Shown here: piece after piece, positions 27,022 through 37,218 of the stretch
How positions within the stretch are numbered: position 1 is the first letter of the stretch
Layout: each line of letters opens with the position of its first letter
Virus genome (UHGV): UHGV-1522688
DNA length: 49,863 bases
Reading direction: 5' to 3' (one strand)
DNA from: a virus
Position numbers and translations under genes: made by a program
The notes under the pieces: generated by a model
What the model was told of the DNA's origin: nothing
Database searches by the model: none
Seen by the model: only the letters and a program-made list of their open reading frames with translations

Positions 27022-28593
27022 TTAAATCCGTAGGTTAGTGACTTTGCCGACTTTCTTCGGCGGTGAATGTAATACGGCGTAGCGCGTACCATCCCAGTCG
27101 TGGTCTTCTTGCTGGGTGTCAACGTCATCAGGGTTCTTGCTGTCGCGAACGAGTACCGGCACACGGCTTATCCAGCCCCGGCAGTAATCAAACACGTAAA
27201 ATGCTGGCTTCTCAGGCATGCCTGACTCCAGCTTCTTGCCCTCAATGACGGCCTCGAGCATGTCAGCAAATAATGCTGCGCCGTTCACGCGCGATCCGGG
27301 TTTCTTATTGGATGGCACCCATTTAACGCCCTGCGATTCCATCTTCTGGGCAATGGATAGCTCATCATCGCCGGTGTTGTATATAGCCCCATCAGCCGGG
27401 CCGGAACTAACCTGCTTGCAGATGCCCGGCATTATGTTCAGTTGTCCCTGCGTCACGCCGTTGAGCTTTATCTCATCCGGCTCAGCAAGTTCTATTCCCT
27501 TAAGACGTTTATCAACCCATGCCACGCCTTTTGCGACGTTCGTCGAGGACATATTCAGACCTTTGTTCAGCTCATCAGGCGGGCAGCCGTACCACTCACC
27601 TATCAGAATCAGCGACCCGGCAGGTGGGCAGAACTGGCGACCGTCCGACAGCTCTGCGGCGGTGCCGTCAGTACGCGCCCACCATAGATTAGAGAAGGGT
27701 TTCGATTCGCCCCAGTCATGGGAGCGGTCGACGGTCCAGCTATCCGGTATCCGGAACGGTTTGATAACGTGTAGTGACGCATTCCACAGGTGGTCAAAGC
27801 GTCCGCCGCTGGTGACGTCCCAAGAGCCCTCTACCCACGCTTTACGCCGGTTAGGGTCTTTGATAGCCATCAACGTCGCTATGTATTGCGGATCGAGATA
27901 CGGGTTCTCTTTAAATGAGCCGTGAATCGCAACGCGGGTAAGCGTTACATCCTCTTCCCGCTCCGTCTGCGGGTTAAACACCTTCTGCGTTTCGCGAATG
28001 ATGGTGCCGCGCGGTGCTGGCTCAATGAAGCGCTTCTTCACCCAGGTATGGCCGATGCCAAACGGGTTCGTCGTGCTGAACGTTTCCAGGGGAATAGGCT
28101 TCAGCATGCTACCGTCAGGCAGCGGATAGTTTTCTGGCCGGAACGACGAGCGACGGCATGAGAACATCATTTCGTAGAACTCGGCAGACTGCTGTTTTGT
28201 AAGTTCGTTAAAGCCGATAAACGGGAACTCCTGTCCGTGATAGTCCCAGTAGTCGCTCTCTTCTTTCCCGAAGCGGAAAAGCAGCTCCTCTCCGGTCGGC
28301 CAAACCCATCGCAATTCACTGGCGGATGCAAGATATCGAGCCCCGTCGTTAAACAGGCGATACATACGTTTTGACTGGGTAATGATGTCGGTGAGGTTTT
28401 TATACTCGGTATCGAAAATGACACCTCGCCAGAACGAGCCATAGCCCAGGCCAACCAGTCGACGAAAGCGCGCCAACTGCGCAGCAGTCTTACCAGGTCC
28501 GCGCGTCCCCTCGTAGAGGATTTCGTTACATGGGCAACTCAGGGAGAGCGATTGCGACCCCGGCAAAGGTTTCCAGACGGCTTTATAATTCAT
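27022..28593 (-). CDS. terminase large subunit
   Basis: 523 aa; Walker A 'GTRGPGKT'; C-terminal nuclease-like region. Confidence 0.9.
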   Translation of the reverse strand: MNYKAVWKPLPGSQSLSLSCPCNEILYEGTRGPGKTAAQLARFRRLVGLGYGSFWRGVIFDTEYKNLTDIITQSKRMYRLFNDGARYLASASELRWVWPTGEELLFRFGKEESDYWDYHGQEFPFIGFNELTKQQSAEFYEMMFSCRRSSFRPENYPLPDGSMLKPIPLETFSTTNPFGIGHTWVKKRFIEPAPRGTIIRETQKVFNPQTEREEDVTLTRVAIHGSFKENPYLDPQYIATLMAIKDPNRRKAWVEGSWDVTSGGRFDHLWNASLHVIKPFRIPDSWTVDRSHDWGESKPFSNLWWARTDGTAAELSDGRQFCPPAGSLILIGEWYGCPPDELNKGLNMSSTNVAKGVAWVDKRLKGIELAEPDEIKLNGVTQGQLNIMPGICKQVSSGPADGAIYNTGDDELSIAQKMESQGVKWVPSNKKPGSRVNGAALFADMLEAVIEGKKLESGMPEKPAFYVFDYCRGWISRVPVLVRDSKNPDDVDTQQEDHDWDGTRYAVLHSPPKKVGKVTNLRI

Positions 28594-29153
28594 CCACCAA
28601 GAACCTCGCTCTGCTGTTTCTGTGCTGCTGCTTCCCAGCTATCCACATTGTCGCTGGTCGGTACCAGAATAACGTTGTGGGTCGCCACGACTTTCTGTTC
28701 GACCTGCTCTTTGAAGGCCTGCACCTTGATGTGCTTGCCGAGCAGTTCAAGGTTCTTGACCTTATCCGGCCACTTAATCTTCTTGAGCAGTGCGGCGGTG
28801 TTTCCCTCGGCGGACATCTCGACGACATCCAGCCCGGATAATGTCGTCCTCCAGACCTTCGGCCACTGTGACACTGGCCTGAGTTCACCGGTCGAGGTCA
28901 GGATGTCCAGCACGTCCATCTGGTCTATCTCAACGAGACGATTCAGGACGTATGTCGCATTTATGCCAACCAGATCATTGCGTTGCGCTTTAAGTTCGGC
29001 AATTCTGGCCTGGATGTCAGGTTTTGACAGGTTTTCGGACGCAGTGCGGTTAGCTGTCTTTGCGCTGTACCCCGCCCGAATAGCCGCTTGCGTGGCGTTT
29101 AAATCGATGAGGTACTCGCGACAGAACATCTCTTGTTTGTCGGTAAGTGCCAT
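28590..29153 (-). CDS. terminase small subunit
   Basis: Start taken at MALTDKQEMFCREYLIDLNATQAAIRAGYS (HTH); overlaps start of large subunit. Confidence 0.7.
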   Translation of the reverse strand: MALTDKQEMFCREYLIDLNATQAAIRAGYSAKTANRTASENLSKPDIQARIAELKAQRNDLVGINATYVLNRLVEIDQMDVLDILTSTGELRPVSQWPKVWRTTLSGLDVVEMSAEGNTAALLKKIKWPDKVKNLELLGKHIKVQAFKEQVEQKVVATHNVILVPTSDNVDSWEAAAQKQQSEVLGG

Positions 29154-29175
29154 GTTTACCTTCAAGGAGCAGGAT

Positions 29176-29367
29176 ATGAGTAATTATAAAATTGGTGACA
29201 AAGTGAAACTTAAATCCGGCGGACCGGTTATGACTGTTCATGACACCAATGTGCAAGTCCCAAAATATCGGGGAAACTTACGGTGCCAATGGTTTGCAGG
29301 AAAGAAACTTGAAGAAGGTTATTTCCCGGATGACTCACTTGAGGAAGTCGGGGATGACGAACAATAA
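29176..29367 (+). CDS. DUF2158 (YodC-like) family small protein
   Basis: 63 aa 'MSNYKIGDKVKLKSGGPVMTV...CQWFAGKKLEEGYFPDDSLEEV' matches DUF2158 pattern; SD AGGAG; divergent from terminase. Confidence 0.6.
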   Translation: MSNYKIGDKVKLKSGGPVMTVHDTNVQVPKYRGNLRCQWFAGKKLEEGYFPDDSLEEVGDDEQ

Positions 29368-29626
29368 GGATCAAACCATCCTCTGGATGCTTGAACATCT
29401 CAAAAAAGACGGATGTCTATATCAAGATGATGTAGTCGATCATTTGGTTAAAACTAAAAATGAAGACCTTTTAGTTGAGAATGCCGACGGAAATTTAGCT
29501 TTGAGTCGTCAGATTCTTACTTTGTTTATGAAACATACAGCAGACGATGTTGTTTGGGTTAAGCCGCAGCGTTATTGGCGCTATCGTGTCGCTGAGGATG
29601 AACCTGGTCGTGAGGCCCGTGGGTAA
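29354..29626 (+). CDS. hypothetical protein
   Basis: 90-aa ORF from ATG overlapping upstream stop, SD GAGGAAG; followed by hairpin terminator. Confidence 0.5.
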   Translation: MTNNKDQTILWMLEHLKKDGCLYQDDVVDHLVKTKNEDLLVENADGNLALSRQILTLFMKHTADDVVWVKPQRYWRYRVAEDEPGREARG

Positions 29627-29929
29627 ATTAAAGGGCGATCATTCGCCCTTTTCTTCGACACTCTCTTCCAATGGCGTGAACTGCACGCGCTTTACATCGG
29701 CCGGAGCAAAATACAGCCACTGGCCCGTTTCCGTCGCCAGCGGCACAAAACCGTTAACCAACTCAGGCTGACGTCTCGACATCTTACCAGTGAAGGTTTC
29801 GCCTGTTTAGGTAGTGAAGAGATGTGGTAGATGTAGGACATTGAGCGCCTCTTTATCCGCTGGTAGGGATATCTAGTTTATTATCCGCTGTAGGGGATAA
29901 TGAAAAACTCACGTTCAATCATGCAATGT

Positions 29930-29954
29930 AAAAAACCCCGGCAGAGCGGGGTTT
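29930..29954 (-). terminator. rho-independent terminator of 29972-30466 gene
   Basis: minus-strand hairpin ccccgc..gcgggg followed by T-run. Confidence 0.5.
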
Positions 29955-29971
29955 GAAAGTGCCATTAAGAA

Positions 29972-30466
29972 TTAGAGTTCTCTTTTGAAAATACGCGCAG
30001 AGGCTACTTTATCTGTGCCGTTCATTCCATACGGATGTTGCGTATGGTACTTACGAAGCAGTAAATCGCATACCTCTTGATGTCTTGAGAGAAGAATTTT
30101 GTCAACATCACCCTGGTTTTTTGCATCAGGGAATACGTCTAGGTTGACCAAAAACAAAAAGTCATCTTCACCATGCGGGGTGTGAGCCACATACAGATAT
30201 CCTTCATCTGCGATTTTAATTGCTGTAAAGCCTGTAACCGATGAAGGCTCAATATATTTATCAATTTCGCCTGGAGGAAGTAAACCTAGAGCATCACGAA
30301 CCAATGTGGTGCAGAAAGCCACATCATTAGGATCGTCAAAGTTAACAGCTCGCGTCGCTTGGTTTTTACCAAATGTCTGAAGAATCTTTTCTTCACTATA
30401 ACCTTCTTGGTCCAAATATCTAATCCACTGATATAGGTGCGCCCAAGGATTTCTTTTCCAGCCCAT
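29972..30466 (-). CDS. hypothetical protein (A+T-rich moron)
   Basis: 164-aa ORF with own terminator; no recognised family. Confidence 0.5.
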   Translation of the reverse strand: MGWKRNPWAHLYQWIRYLDQEGYSEEKILQTFGKNQATRAVNFDDPNDVAFCTTLVRDALGLLPPGEIDKYIEPSSVTGFTAIKIADEGYLYVAHTPHGEDDFLFLVNLDVFPDAKNQGDVDKILLSRHQEVCDLLLRKYHTQHPYGMNGTDKVASARIFKREL

Positions 30467-31179
30467 TTCACTCTCCTTTTACCAAAGAAATCCAATAGTA
30501 CCGTATATATGTTAGTTCTGTGAAATCTGTAAAATTTAATTAAGACACTGTTCTTTGACGTAGTCCTGCAGATACCCAACCTGCTTCGTCACTGTGACGA
30601 TTTGCCCTCTGAGGGTGAAATAATCCTGTTCGACGGCTCAATAAGTTGGGTCGTTACCATCATCCTTACCGATGATGTTGTCTGTTTCACTCACTCAGTA
30701 GTTAGTATGGTTCTGCATTGTCCCTTCACTAATGTCGTGCTGCGATATAATTTCACGGAGGGACATCACTCCGGCACAGCACGCCGTCCCGATGGCCTCC
30801 CAGTCCGGCTTGCTCATGCTTCTTTCCTATTAAAGTAATCCCATTGATGACCTATGGTAAGACGGAAGTAAACCTGTCATCTATGCTACCGAGGAAATTC
30901 TCGATGGACGAAACAATTACTGAAAATGCTATTAAGCAAGCATATAGCGTTACCATCATGCAGCTTTTTAATGTCTATCTAAATTCAGCAAACGATCCCA
31001 ACGCATCAGCAAGATTTCAGGAAGGGCTTCGTCTTGCGATACAAGTCCGAGATGCCTGTATGCAAATCGCCTCCCAAAACCATGCGCCATGAATTTATTA
31101 GCGGCTATTCACAAACTGCCATTACGATGGGGCTACCCATGGTGATGGCAATAAAAAACCGCCCGAAGGCGGCTTGTTA

Positions 31180-31407
31180 TCAATTACTTAATAACTTTTC
31201 GATATTGGATGGGATCGGAGCTCCAGGCTCTGCTTTCAGCTTGCTTAGTCTTATGATAATAGCCTGCTTCTCCGCCTCACTCGCTGCTTGGTAATAGGGT
31301 TTTATCCCTTTAATGATATCGTCAACTGTAGCAGTAGAACCAACGCCAGCGCCTGGCTCGTTTTTATTCAAAGCGCTGTAAATAATTTCCTCAATAGCCT
31401 GATTCAT
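31180..31407 (-). CDS. hypothetical small protein
   Basis: Start taken at MNQAIEEIIYSALNK (~75 aa). Confidence 0.35.
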   Translation of the reverse strand: MNQAIEEIIYSALNKNEPGAGVGSTATVDDIIKGIKPYYQAASEAEKQAIIIRLSKLKAEPGAPIPSNIEKLLSN

Positions 31408-31515
31408 AGTTATTACCCAAAATGAGTGGCGACATACCACAACCTGTATATCGATGTAATACTCGTTGCCCTGTTCAAACTGCTCATGCTGGGGTTTAAG
31501 GATGCCCACGCTTTC

Positions 31516-31734
31516 CTACGCAGTATCGCCGTCAGCCGGTGAGGCAGCTTCAACCACAACCACGTGTGACATCTGGCTTTGCGCAGTTTTTTGCGCAGCT
31601 GGCTTTTTGATATAGCGCCGCGCAGATGTGTAATTCAGTCCCTGCTCTTCGCACCAATCTTTCGGGGAAATACCTGATTTGGCATGGTCGGACAGGAACC
31701 GTTGCTGAAGCTCGCCCCAGTCCGGTTTTGCCAT
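31516..31734 (-). CDS. small HTH-containing protein
   Basis: 72 aa 'MAKPDWGELQQRFL...GISPKDWCEEQGLNYTSARRYIKK' helix-turn-helix-like. Confidence 0.4.
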   Translation of the reverse strand: MAKPDWGELQQRFLSDHAKSGISPKDWCEEQGLNYTSARRYIKKPAAQKTAQSQMSHVVVVEAASPADGDTA

Positions 31735-32090
31735 GATTATTCACCAAGTGATCAATATCTATTATCGTAAGGAGGAATAACGTGTATTTTACAAAGTTTG
31801 TATTTTTATGCTCAGAGCGTAACCATGATCATCGAAGAAGCTAGAGGCTTTTTATTTCAACAAGGTATGCTGGAAGAATGTGTTAAACATCCTATTTATA
31901 TAATTAACGGAAGTACGGATAAGCAGGATGACCCAGTGGTTTTATCTGAATATCTAATCATGATAAATAGCAACGGGGACACCATTGCTGGGCGTTCACC
32001 AAATAGTCAATGGAGCATGTACCCCATCGCTATTAAAGACACGCACCCTAATATAACAAGTCATCTGCACGCTATAACTATCCCATAATT

Positions 32091-32651
32091 TTATTGGGCG
32101 GCATTCGCGTTGACTTGTCTCAGCATTTCAATTTCCCGGATGCCCGCTAGCTGGTTATTCGCCTTCTCAATGGTAGCCAGCAGCGGATTAATCCATAGAA
32201 CAGCCTGACAGTACGTTATTGAGCTGGCGGCAGCGGTGCTATCACCGGCTGCGTCAGCGTTCCCGGTATCGGGTTGCATTGCGCTGGCACGTAAACGGTA
32301 CGCGTATTTGAGCAGCCCACCAGCAACATCAGCAGGCACAGGCAGATCACAGTTTTTTTCACGTCGTAGAATCTCCCGGTATTTGATGACTGTTCTCTCT
32401 GTGCCGGCATCTATCAGCGAATTCATGCGGCTGGCGTTCTCTGCTACTTGGTTAAACCGGTTGAAGTTGAAAGCCTGTGTAGTTATTACCGTCGCCTGTA
32501 ATGCGTTATCGCTGCGCAGTACCCGGTTGTCATTCTCGAACGCGGTCAGCGCCGCATTGCTGCGTACCAGCAGAACACAGAGCACCGCAATGATGGTTAC
32601 GACGACCACCAGCAGAATCGCGACAATCGTAATTTTGCTGGTTTTCATCAA
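32091..32651 (-). CDS. Rz: i-spanin (Rz-like)
   Basis: 186 aa; N-terminal TM; coiled-coil periplasmic domain; embedded Rz1; directly after endolysin. Confidence 0.8.
   Translation of the reverse strand: MMKTSKITIVAILLVVVVTIIAVLCVLLVRSNAALTAFENDNRVLRSDNALQATVITTQAFNFNRFNQVAENASRMNSLIDAGTERTVIKYREILRREKNCDLPVPADVAGGLLKYAYRLRASAMQPDTGNADAAGDSTAAASSITYCQAVLWINPLLATIEKANNQLAGIREIEMLRQVNANAAQ
32216..32362 (-). CDS. Rz1: o-spanin (Rz1-like lipoprotein) embedded in Rz in alternate frame
   Basis: GTG start; '[17 protein letters not shown]' lipobox signal; Pro-rich mature part. Confidence 0.7.
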   Translation of the reverse strand: MKKTVICLCLLMLLVGCSNTRTVYVPAQCNPIPGTLTQPVIAPLPPAQ

Positions 32652-33220
32652 AATACCCCCGGAACTGATACCGGAATGCCTGGGTTAAGCGGCCCGAGCC
32701 CATCACCAAGAACCTGCGGTTTTTCTGCCCACAGGCAAACTTCACGCTCAATCTCACGCCGGGTGATTAAACCCTTCCACTGTTTGCCACCGGCATATGT
32801 CCAGCGCCGTAATTGTTCGCAAGCCCCTTTTGTGTCGCCCAGGTTGATTTTGCGTAGCAGCGTGGAGGTTTTGAAGTTGCCAGCACCGACGTTGTACGCG
32901 AATGAGTAAAGTGCACCCCGCATTGTTGCCGGGATCGGAACCTTGATGTAGGGGTCAATCTGACGTGCGATGGTATTCAGATCTTTTGTGAGCAGAATGG
33001 CACACTCTGTCTCGGTGTACGTCTTCCCGATTTTGACGTCGCTGCCAGTGTGCCCGTAGCATACCGTCCAAACCCCAACTACATCCCGATAAGGCTGATA
33101 GCGCACACCTTCAAGGCCATCATTACCCGTTGGACCAATAATCAACGCCGCTGCGATAGCAATAGCGCCAGCGGGTATAGCTGCAATAACGCTATTCTTC
33201 AGCTTTGGTGGCATAGCCAT
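32648..33220 (-). CDS. R: SAR endolysin (GH24 lysozyme)
   Basis: 190 aa; N-terminal weakly hydrophobic Gly/Ala-rich SAR segment '[19 protein letters not shown]'; lysozyme catalytic region '[23 protein letters not shown]'. Confidence 0.85.
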   Translation of the reverse strand: MAMPPKLKNSVIAAIPAGAIAIAAALIIGPTGNDGLEGVRYQPYRDVVGVWTVCYGHTGSDVKIGKTYTETECAILLTKDLNTIARQIDPYIKVPIPATMRGALYSFAYNVGAGNFKTSTLLRKINLGDTKGACEQLRRWTYAGGKQWKGLITRREIEREVCLWAEKPQVLGDGLGPLNPGIPVSVPGVF

Positions 33221-33470
33221 TGCGCCGATCCTCCCGTTCTTTCCAGCGGAAATACCAGTTCACTGCACAGGTAATAACTGTGCATGCGATACCGACAATA
33301 ATTGCCCAGTCGCTCAGGCTTAACCCTGCAATTCTGTCGGCCAACATCCAGGACACCTCTTTTGCTGTTTTAGCTGTTTCGGCATATGCCTTCGCTGATA
33401 CACCGCAGCCGGTCAGCGTGGTTCCTGTTCCATATGAAAGTCTGCTGTAAATGGTGCTCATTCTGGTCAT
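33192..33470 (-). CDS. S: holin (phage 21 S-like pinholin, class II)
   Basis: Start taken at [11 protein letters not shown]; two TMDs; C-terminal '[13 protein letters not shown]' resembles S21. Confidence 0.7.
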   Translation of the reverse strand: MTRMSTIYSRLSYGTGTTLTGCGVSAKAYAETAKTAKEVSWMLADRIAGLSLSDWAIIVGIACTVITCAVNWYFRWKEREDRRNGYATKAEE

Positions 33471-33850
33471 AGCCTCACCTCCGATTTTTCGGATGGCGCT
33501 GTGTGTGATGAAAGGGTCAGGCTTCACGGGCTGGATTTATCAACAAAGCACGTAGTAATTGATTCCCGTGAGCCTGAAATGAAAAAGGCCGCCATTTGGC
33601 AGCCTCGAAAAAAAATAAGATTGTTTAAATCGACATATTAAGTGGATTACCAAAAACCTCTGACATAGCGATAAGACAAATGATGTCGCTATAAGTAACA
33701 TGTCATATACCAACGACTGATTTTCCTTTCAGCCTCCTAACAGAGGTATCCGTGCAATGCGCTATCTGAATAGCTCATCACGTACGATACAGCAACATTC
33801 TTCTGTATTAAAATCTATGAAATGAGCAACTGATAATAGTGGTTCAAATA

Positions 33851-34096
33851 CTATCGGCATGAAGCGCTGGTACTGCATTGTAGTGTATCAGTAGGCACCC
33901 ATTTACCATTGCTACATACGAATTTCTTCACTCCAGGAAAACCACCTGAAGTTGCACACGTATAGCATTTCTCTTGCCCATTTACACATGCAGATTGTAT
34001 TTGGTTGGGTGATTTATCAATTGTGGAAGAGTTTGTGCTGCATGCTGATAGAAAAAACGCTGATAAAACAGTGGAGTAAAAAATTATCTTATGCAT
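33851..34096 (-). CDS. Cys-rich secreted lipoprotein (moron between Q and lysis genes)
   Basis: 81 aa; 'MHKIIFYSTVLSAFFLSAC' lipobox; 8 Cys in mature part; A+T-rich. Confidence 0.55.
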   Translation of the reverse strand: MHKIIFYSTVLSAFFLSACSTNSSTIDKSPNQIQSACVNGQEKCYTCATSGGFPGVKKFVCSNGKWVPTDTLQCSTSASCR

Positions 34097-34301
34097 TTTT
34101 TATACCTTCATAAGATTATTAATATTATATATTTATCATTATAGGCGCCTTTAAAAATCCTTCCAACCGACATTCAGAATGCTTTTTCTTACTCTCCAGA
34201 AACGCAAAAACCCAAGGCGTCAACCTCAGGCTTGAAAACTCATTTACTGCCAGTGCATACAACAATGGCACAATATCAGATTTACACGAAATATATCCAT
34301 T

Positions 34302-34991
34302 TCAGTTCGGTTTTGCAAGACTTACATCCAAATTTGTCGCCTTTTGTTGTGAACGTGATCGCGAAACAGAAAGGAGCGCCTGATTATCAAGGTGCACGAA
34401 TTCTTGTTTCATCGCCAGCCAGTGCGGGAGGTAGGTTTCAGTCCAAGTTGGCTTTGATACCCCTACCAGTTGCGCCAGCTGCTGGTACTCGTATGTGCTG
34501 CGCCCTGCTAGTTCTGCTTTCACATCCTGAGCAGCAAGCCAAATTAACGCCTTCAACCGTTCGATGGTTTTACCAGCTATCTTTCGAGACCCCATCTGCG
34601 ACTTGAATTCAGCCCACGCCCACTGAGTAATCAACACCTGACTCTCCCAGCTTACGTTCTCGCTGTAGTTCCACAGTAGCCAGGCCTTCTGGGGTTCTTC
34701 AAGTGACATCAGCGCCCGGCGCCACGATGCGGTGTAGAATTCTACCGGCTGCACCAGGGGAATATGTGAACCCTTGGCATGCGACTGTTTGCCCGGTATT
34801 GGTGGGTTATCCAGCGTAATCATTTTCCCGGTCACTTCATCATACACACGGAGCTTCTTACGTTTAAACGTTCCCGTATCAAACTGGGCGTTCTCAAGCC
34901 ACGCCATCAACTGCCCTTTCGTCGCACCACTTAAATCGGCGGTGGCCACCATCAGCTGCTGGCGCACGTATTCGAGAAATTGAGTGTTCAT
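34302..34991 (-). CDS. Q: late gene antitermination protein Q
   Basis: 229 aa, immediately upstream of lysis cassette region; family assignment by position and size. Confidence 0.7.
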   Translation of the reverse strand: MNTQFLEYVRQQLMVATADLSGATKGQLMAWLENAQFDTGTFKRKKLRVYDEVTGKMITLDNPPIPGKQSHAKGSHIPLVQPVEFYTASWRRALMSLEEPQKAWLLWNYSENVSWESQVLITQWAWAEFKSQMGSRKIAGKTIERLKALIWLAAQDVKAELAGRSTYEYQQLAQLVGVSKPTWTETYLPHWLAMKQEFVHLDNQALLSVSRSRSQQKATNLDVSLAKPN

Positions 34992-35121
34992 ACAGTACCG
35001 CCTATGGTTTTAATGTAGTTCTTCAGTATTCGGTAGTCCGTCAGCACAGAGCCGGGGAAATGGTATAAGCGCAATCGCTGCCAGCGAACGCGGAGGTGAT
35101 CGGCAAGGTAGGTTTCGAATG

Positions 35122-35763
35122 TCACACTGCCTCCTGTTTTCTTGGGCCGACATACTCGCCATATAAAGGCGCTCTACCTCGTGCCTTCGTGTGCCGATGA
35201 GTTACCTTTGGTGAAAACAATGCATCTTCCACACTCATTCCTTGCTTCAGGCGTAGCTTGATTGTGTTACCAGCTACAGAAACCCTAGGGTCCCTTGACC
35301 ATTCGGTAGCTGTTTTTGTTTCTCCAGAGAACGTAATTCCGGTTCGCCCTTTTTTGGTATGTTCTGGAATGTGAACCCGAGATCGCATGACATTGCATGC
35401 ACGACAAAGAACCCTCAGATTTGACTCGTCATTGTTGTCCACAACCTCATCAATGTGATCGATATGCACCGTCTTCCATGTGACAGTCTTTCCGCATTTC
35501 TCACACGGAGGTAGCGCCTCGCCATGTCGGTCATAGATAACCTTCCGATGCTCATAAACGAACCCATTCGCCATTACCAACGGATGATCTGGCATCTTGA
35601 GCATCTGGTAACCCTTACCATTCCTCTGTCTGGTCTTTCCCTTTCCAACTTTTGTAAGTTCGTAGGTTCCGTAGCGCATCATCCTGAAGTAATGCATTTG
35701 ACAGATGCCCTTTCCCGGGTAGTGCTTGCATTCACGATCACAACCTTCAACTTTGCATTTCAT
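35122..35763 (-). CDS. HNH endonuclease
   Basis: 213 aa; Cys-rich N-terminus 'CKVEGCDRECKHYPGKGICQMHYFR', 'HIDHIDE...NLRVLCRACN' HNH motif. Confidence 0.75.
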   Translation of the reverse strand: MKCKVEGCDRECKHYPGKGICQMHYFRMMRYGTYELTKVGKGKTRQRNGKGYQMLKMPDHPLVMANGFVYEHRKVIYDRHGEALPPCEKCGKTVTWKTVHIDHIDEVVDNNDESNLRVLCRACNVMRSRVHIPEHTKKGRTGITFSGETKTATEWSRDPRVSVAGNTIKLRLKQGMSVEDALFSPKVTHRHTKARGRAPLYGEYVGPRKQEAV

Positions 35764-35774
35764 GCAGCACTCTC

Positions 35775-36407
35775 CTAGGCTTTTTGACGACGCTTACTCA
35801 GCGCATTCGCTCTGCGGGAAAAAATTGACTTCATTCTCTTCAGGTAGTGGATGTCGAACCGGCGCGGCTCGTTGTCGGATTCAAGGCGCTCGACACGTTC
35901 CAGGCCAATGCGTTCAATCAGGCGAATGCGATACTCAACGGTATTTCCGCTTAATTGGCGGTTGCACCGTGTACAGGCTGAATGAACGTTAAAGACGTTG
36001 AATTTGAGATGTGACGCAGCACCGCGCGAACGGTAATGACTGGCATCGATGGCACTACCAGTCAGATAGTTGCTTTTGCCAATGAGCGGATTGCCGCAAC
36101 TGACACGGTCTTTCCCCTCATCACGAATCCTGATGTACCGATTGAAAGCGGACTGAGCCTCTTTATCCCACTGGGATTTAGTCTTCAATGACTCGCGCAC
36201 CCTCTGGCGACGTTGGCGTTCTTTTTTCTCGGCTGCGCGCTTTTTGGCAGACTCCTTGCGTTGTGCCGCCTCCCTGACCTTTCTGGTCTGCTCTTTTCCA
36301 ACCGCGCTAGCGCACTCATAACCGCAGACAGTCTGCGTATCGCGAACAGGATGGAACCACTGGCGGCATTCTTTGTTGGCGCACTTCCGGCGCGGTAACT
36401 TAGCCAT
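35775..36407 (-). CDS. ninG: NinG-like recombination protein
   Basis: Start taken at MAKLPRRKCANKECRQWF; Cys motifs and basic region as in lambda NinG family. Confidence 0.75.
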   Translation of the reverse strand: MAKLPRRKCANKECRQWFHPVRDTQTVCGYECASAVGKEQTRKVREAAQRKESAKKRAAEKKERQRRQRVRESLKTKSQWDKEAQSAFNRYIRIRDEGKDRVSCGNPLIGKSNYLTGSAIDASHYRSRGAASHLKFNVFNVHSACTRCNRQLSGNTVEYRIRLIERIGLERVERLESDNEPRRFDIHYLKRMKSIFSRRANALSKRRQKA

Positions 36408-36409
36408 AA

Positions 36410-36616
36410 TCACCCCCAGACCTTTTGCCGAAAGGTTCTTGGTGTACGCGCCGGATGCTCGCATTCAGGTAATTTTGCGCTAACAGTCCAGGTGATATTG
36501 TCGCGATTCAGGCTGCGTTCTACCGTGGCGCCGCGGCGTCGGTAACAGGCAATAAGTTCGTCGGCCTGCTCGGTTGTGCATTCGTGATGGTGGAACCAGG
36601 AAAATTTCATCGCCAT
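36410..36616 (-). CDS. hypothetical small nin-region protein
   Basis: 68 aa from ATG overlapping upstream stop (TGATG coupling). Confidence 0.45.
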   Translation of the reverse strand: MAMKFSWFHHHECTTEQADELIACYRRRGATVERSLNRDNITWTVSAKLPECEHPARTPRTFRQKVWG

Positions 36617-37218
36617 CACCCCGCAAAACTCATAAGCTGCGCAGCGGCGTTTTCCGCTTCTCGCTGAGTCTTGAATGCCCGGGACAATACCCAGCGCCAC
36701 AGAACATCGAGCGCGGCTTTGTAAAGTTGCTGGAACTCGGTTTCGTCCATGTTGGCGAAAGCTATGCTGCGGGGGTGTTTACGAAGAGTTCCGTCAGGTA
36801 GTTGAATTGCGTCGTAGTGGCCGGCCTCGACAATTACCCAGGCACGGTACGCGTCAAAGGATTTACACAGGCTGATCCCATTGGTAACTCGGCGACTGGC
36901 TACCTGCTCCAGATACTGCTCGGCAGCATCCAGCAGTGCGCCTTCGTTTCCACCAAATGCCGCGAGGAATTTAGCATAACCATTTACGAGCTTACGCTCA
37001 TTGCTGGATATCGCCCCTCCAGTAGGTTCCCAGTATTCAAACCCGAGATTCAGGAGCGCAAAAAAACGGCGATGGAATGCGGGATTCCTCACCTGGCGAA
37101 ATTCGGCTACCAGCACGGCACCGAGTTTGATTTTTGATTGCAGAATATCGCTGGTCTCCGGCGTCGCGGGGATCAGGATTCCTGATGACTGCTTGATGAG
37201 TTGTAGTTCGTGCGCCAT
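36616..37218 (-). CDS. nin-region protein (DUF1367-like?)
   Basis: 200-aa ORF; family guess from memory only. Confidence 0.45.
   Translation of the reverse strand: MAHELQLIKQSSGILIPATPETSDILQSKIKLGAVLVAEFRQVRNPAFHRRFFALLNLGFEYWEPTGGAISSNERKLVNGYAKFLAAFGGNEGALLDAAEQYLEQVASRRVTNGISLCKSFDAYRAWVIVEAGHYDAIQLPDGTLRKHPRSIAFANMDETEFQQLYKAALDVLWRWVLSRAFKTQREAENAAAQLMSFAG

Noticed and set aside
27218-27925. 235-aa plus-strand ORF
   Set aside because: Antisense to the terminase large subunit
28552-29175. N-terminal 208 codons of the 271-aa plus-strand ORF
   Set aside because: Antisense to the terminase small subunit; only the last 63 codons (29176-29367, with Shine-Dalgarno and ATG) are taken as the real DUF2158-like gene
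33851-34096. Shiga-toxin-like cargo at the Q to S locus
   Set aside because: A single 81-aa lipoprotein; no A-subunit-sized ORF or B-subunit pattern
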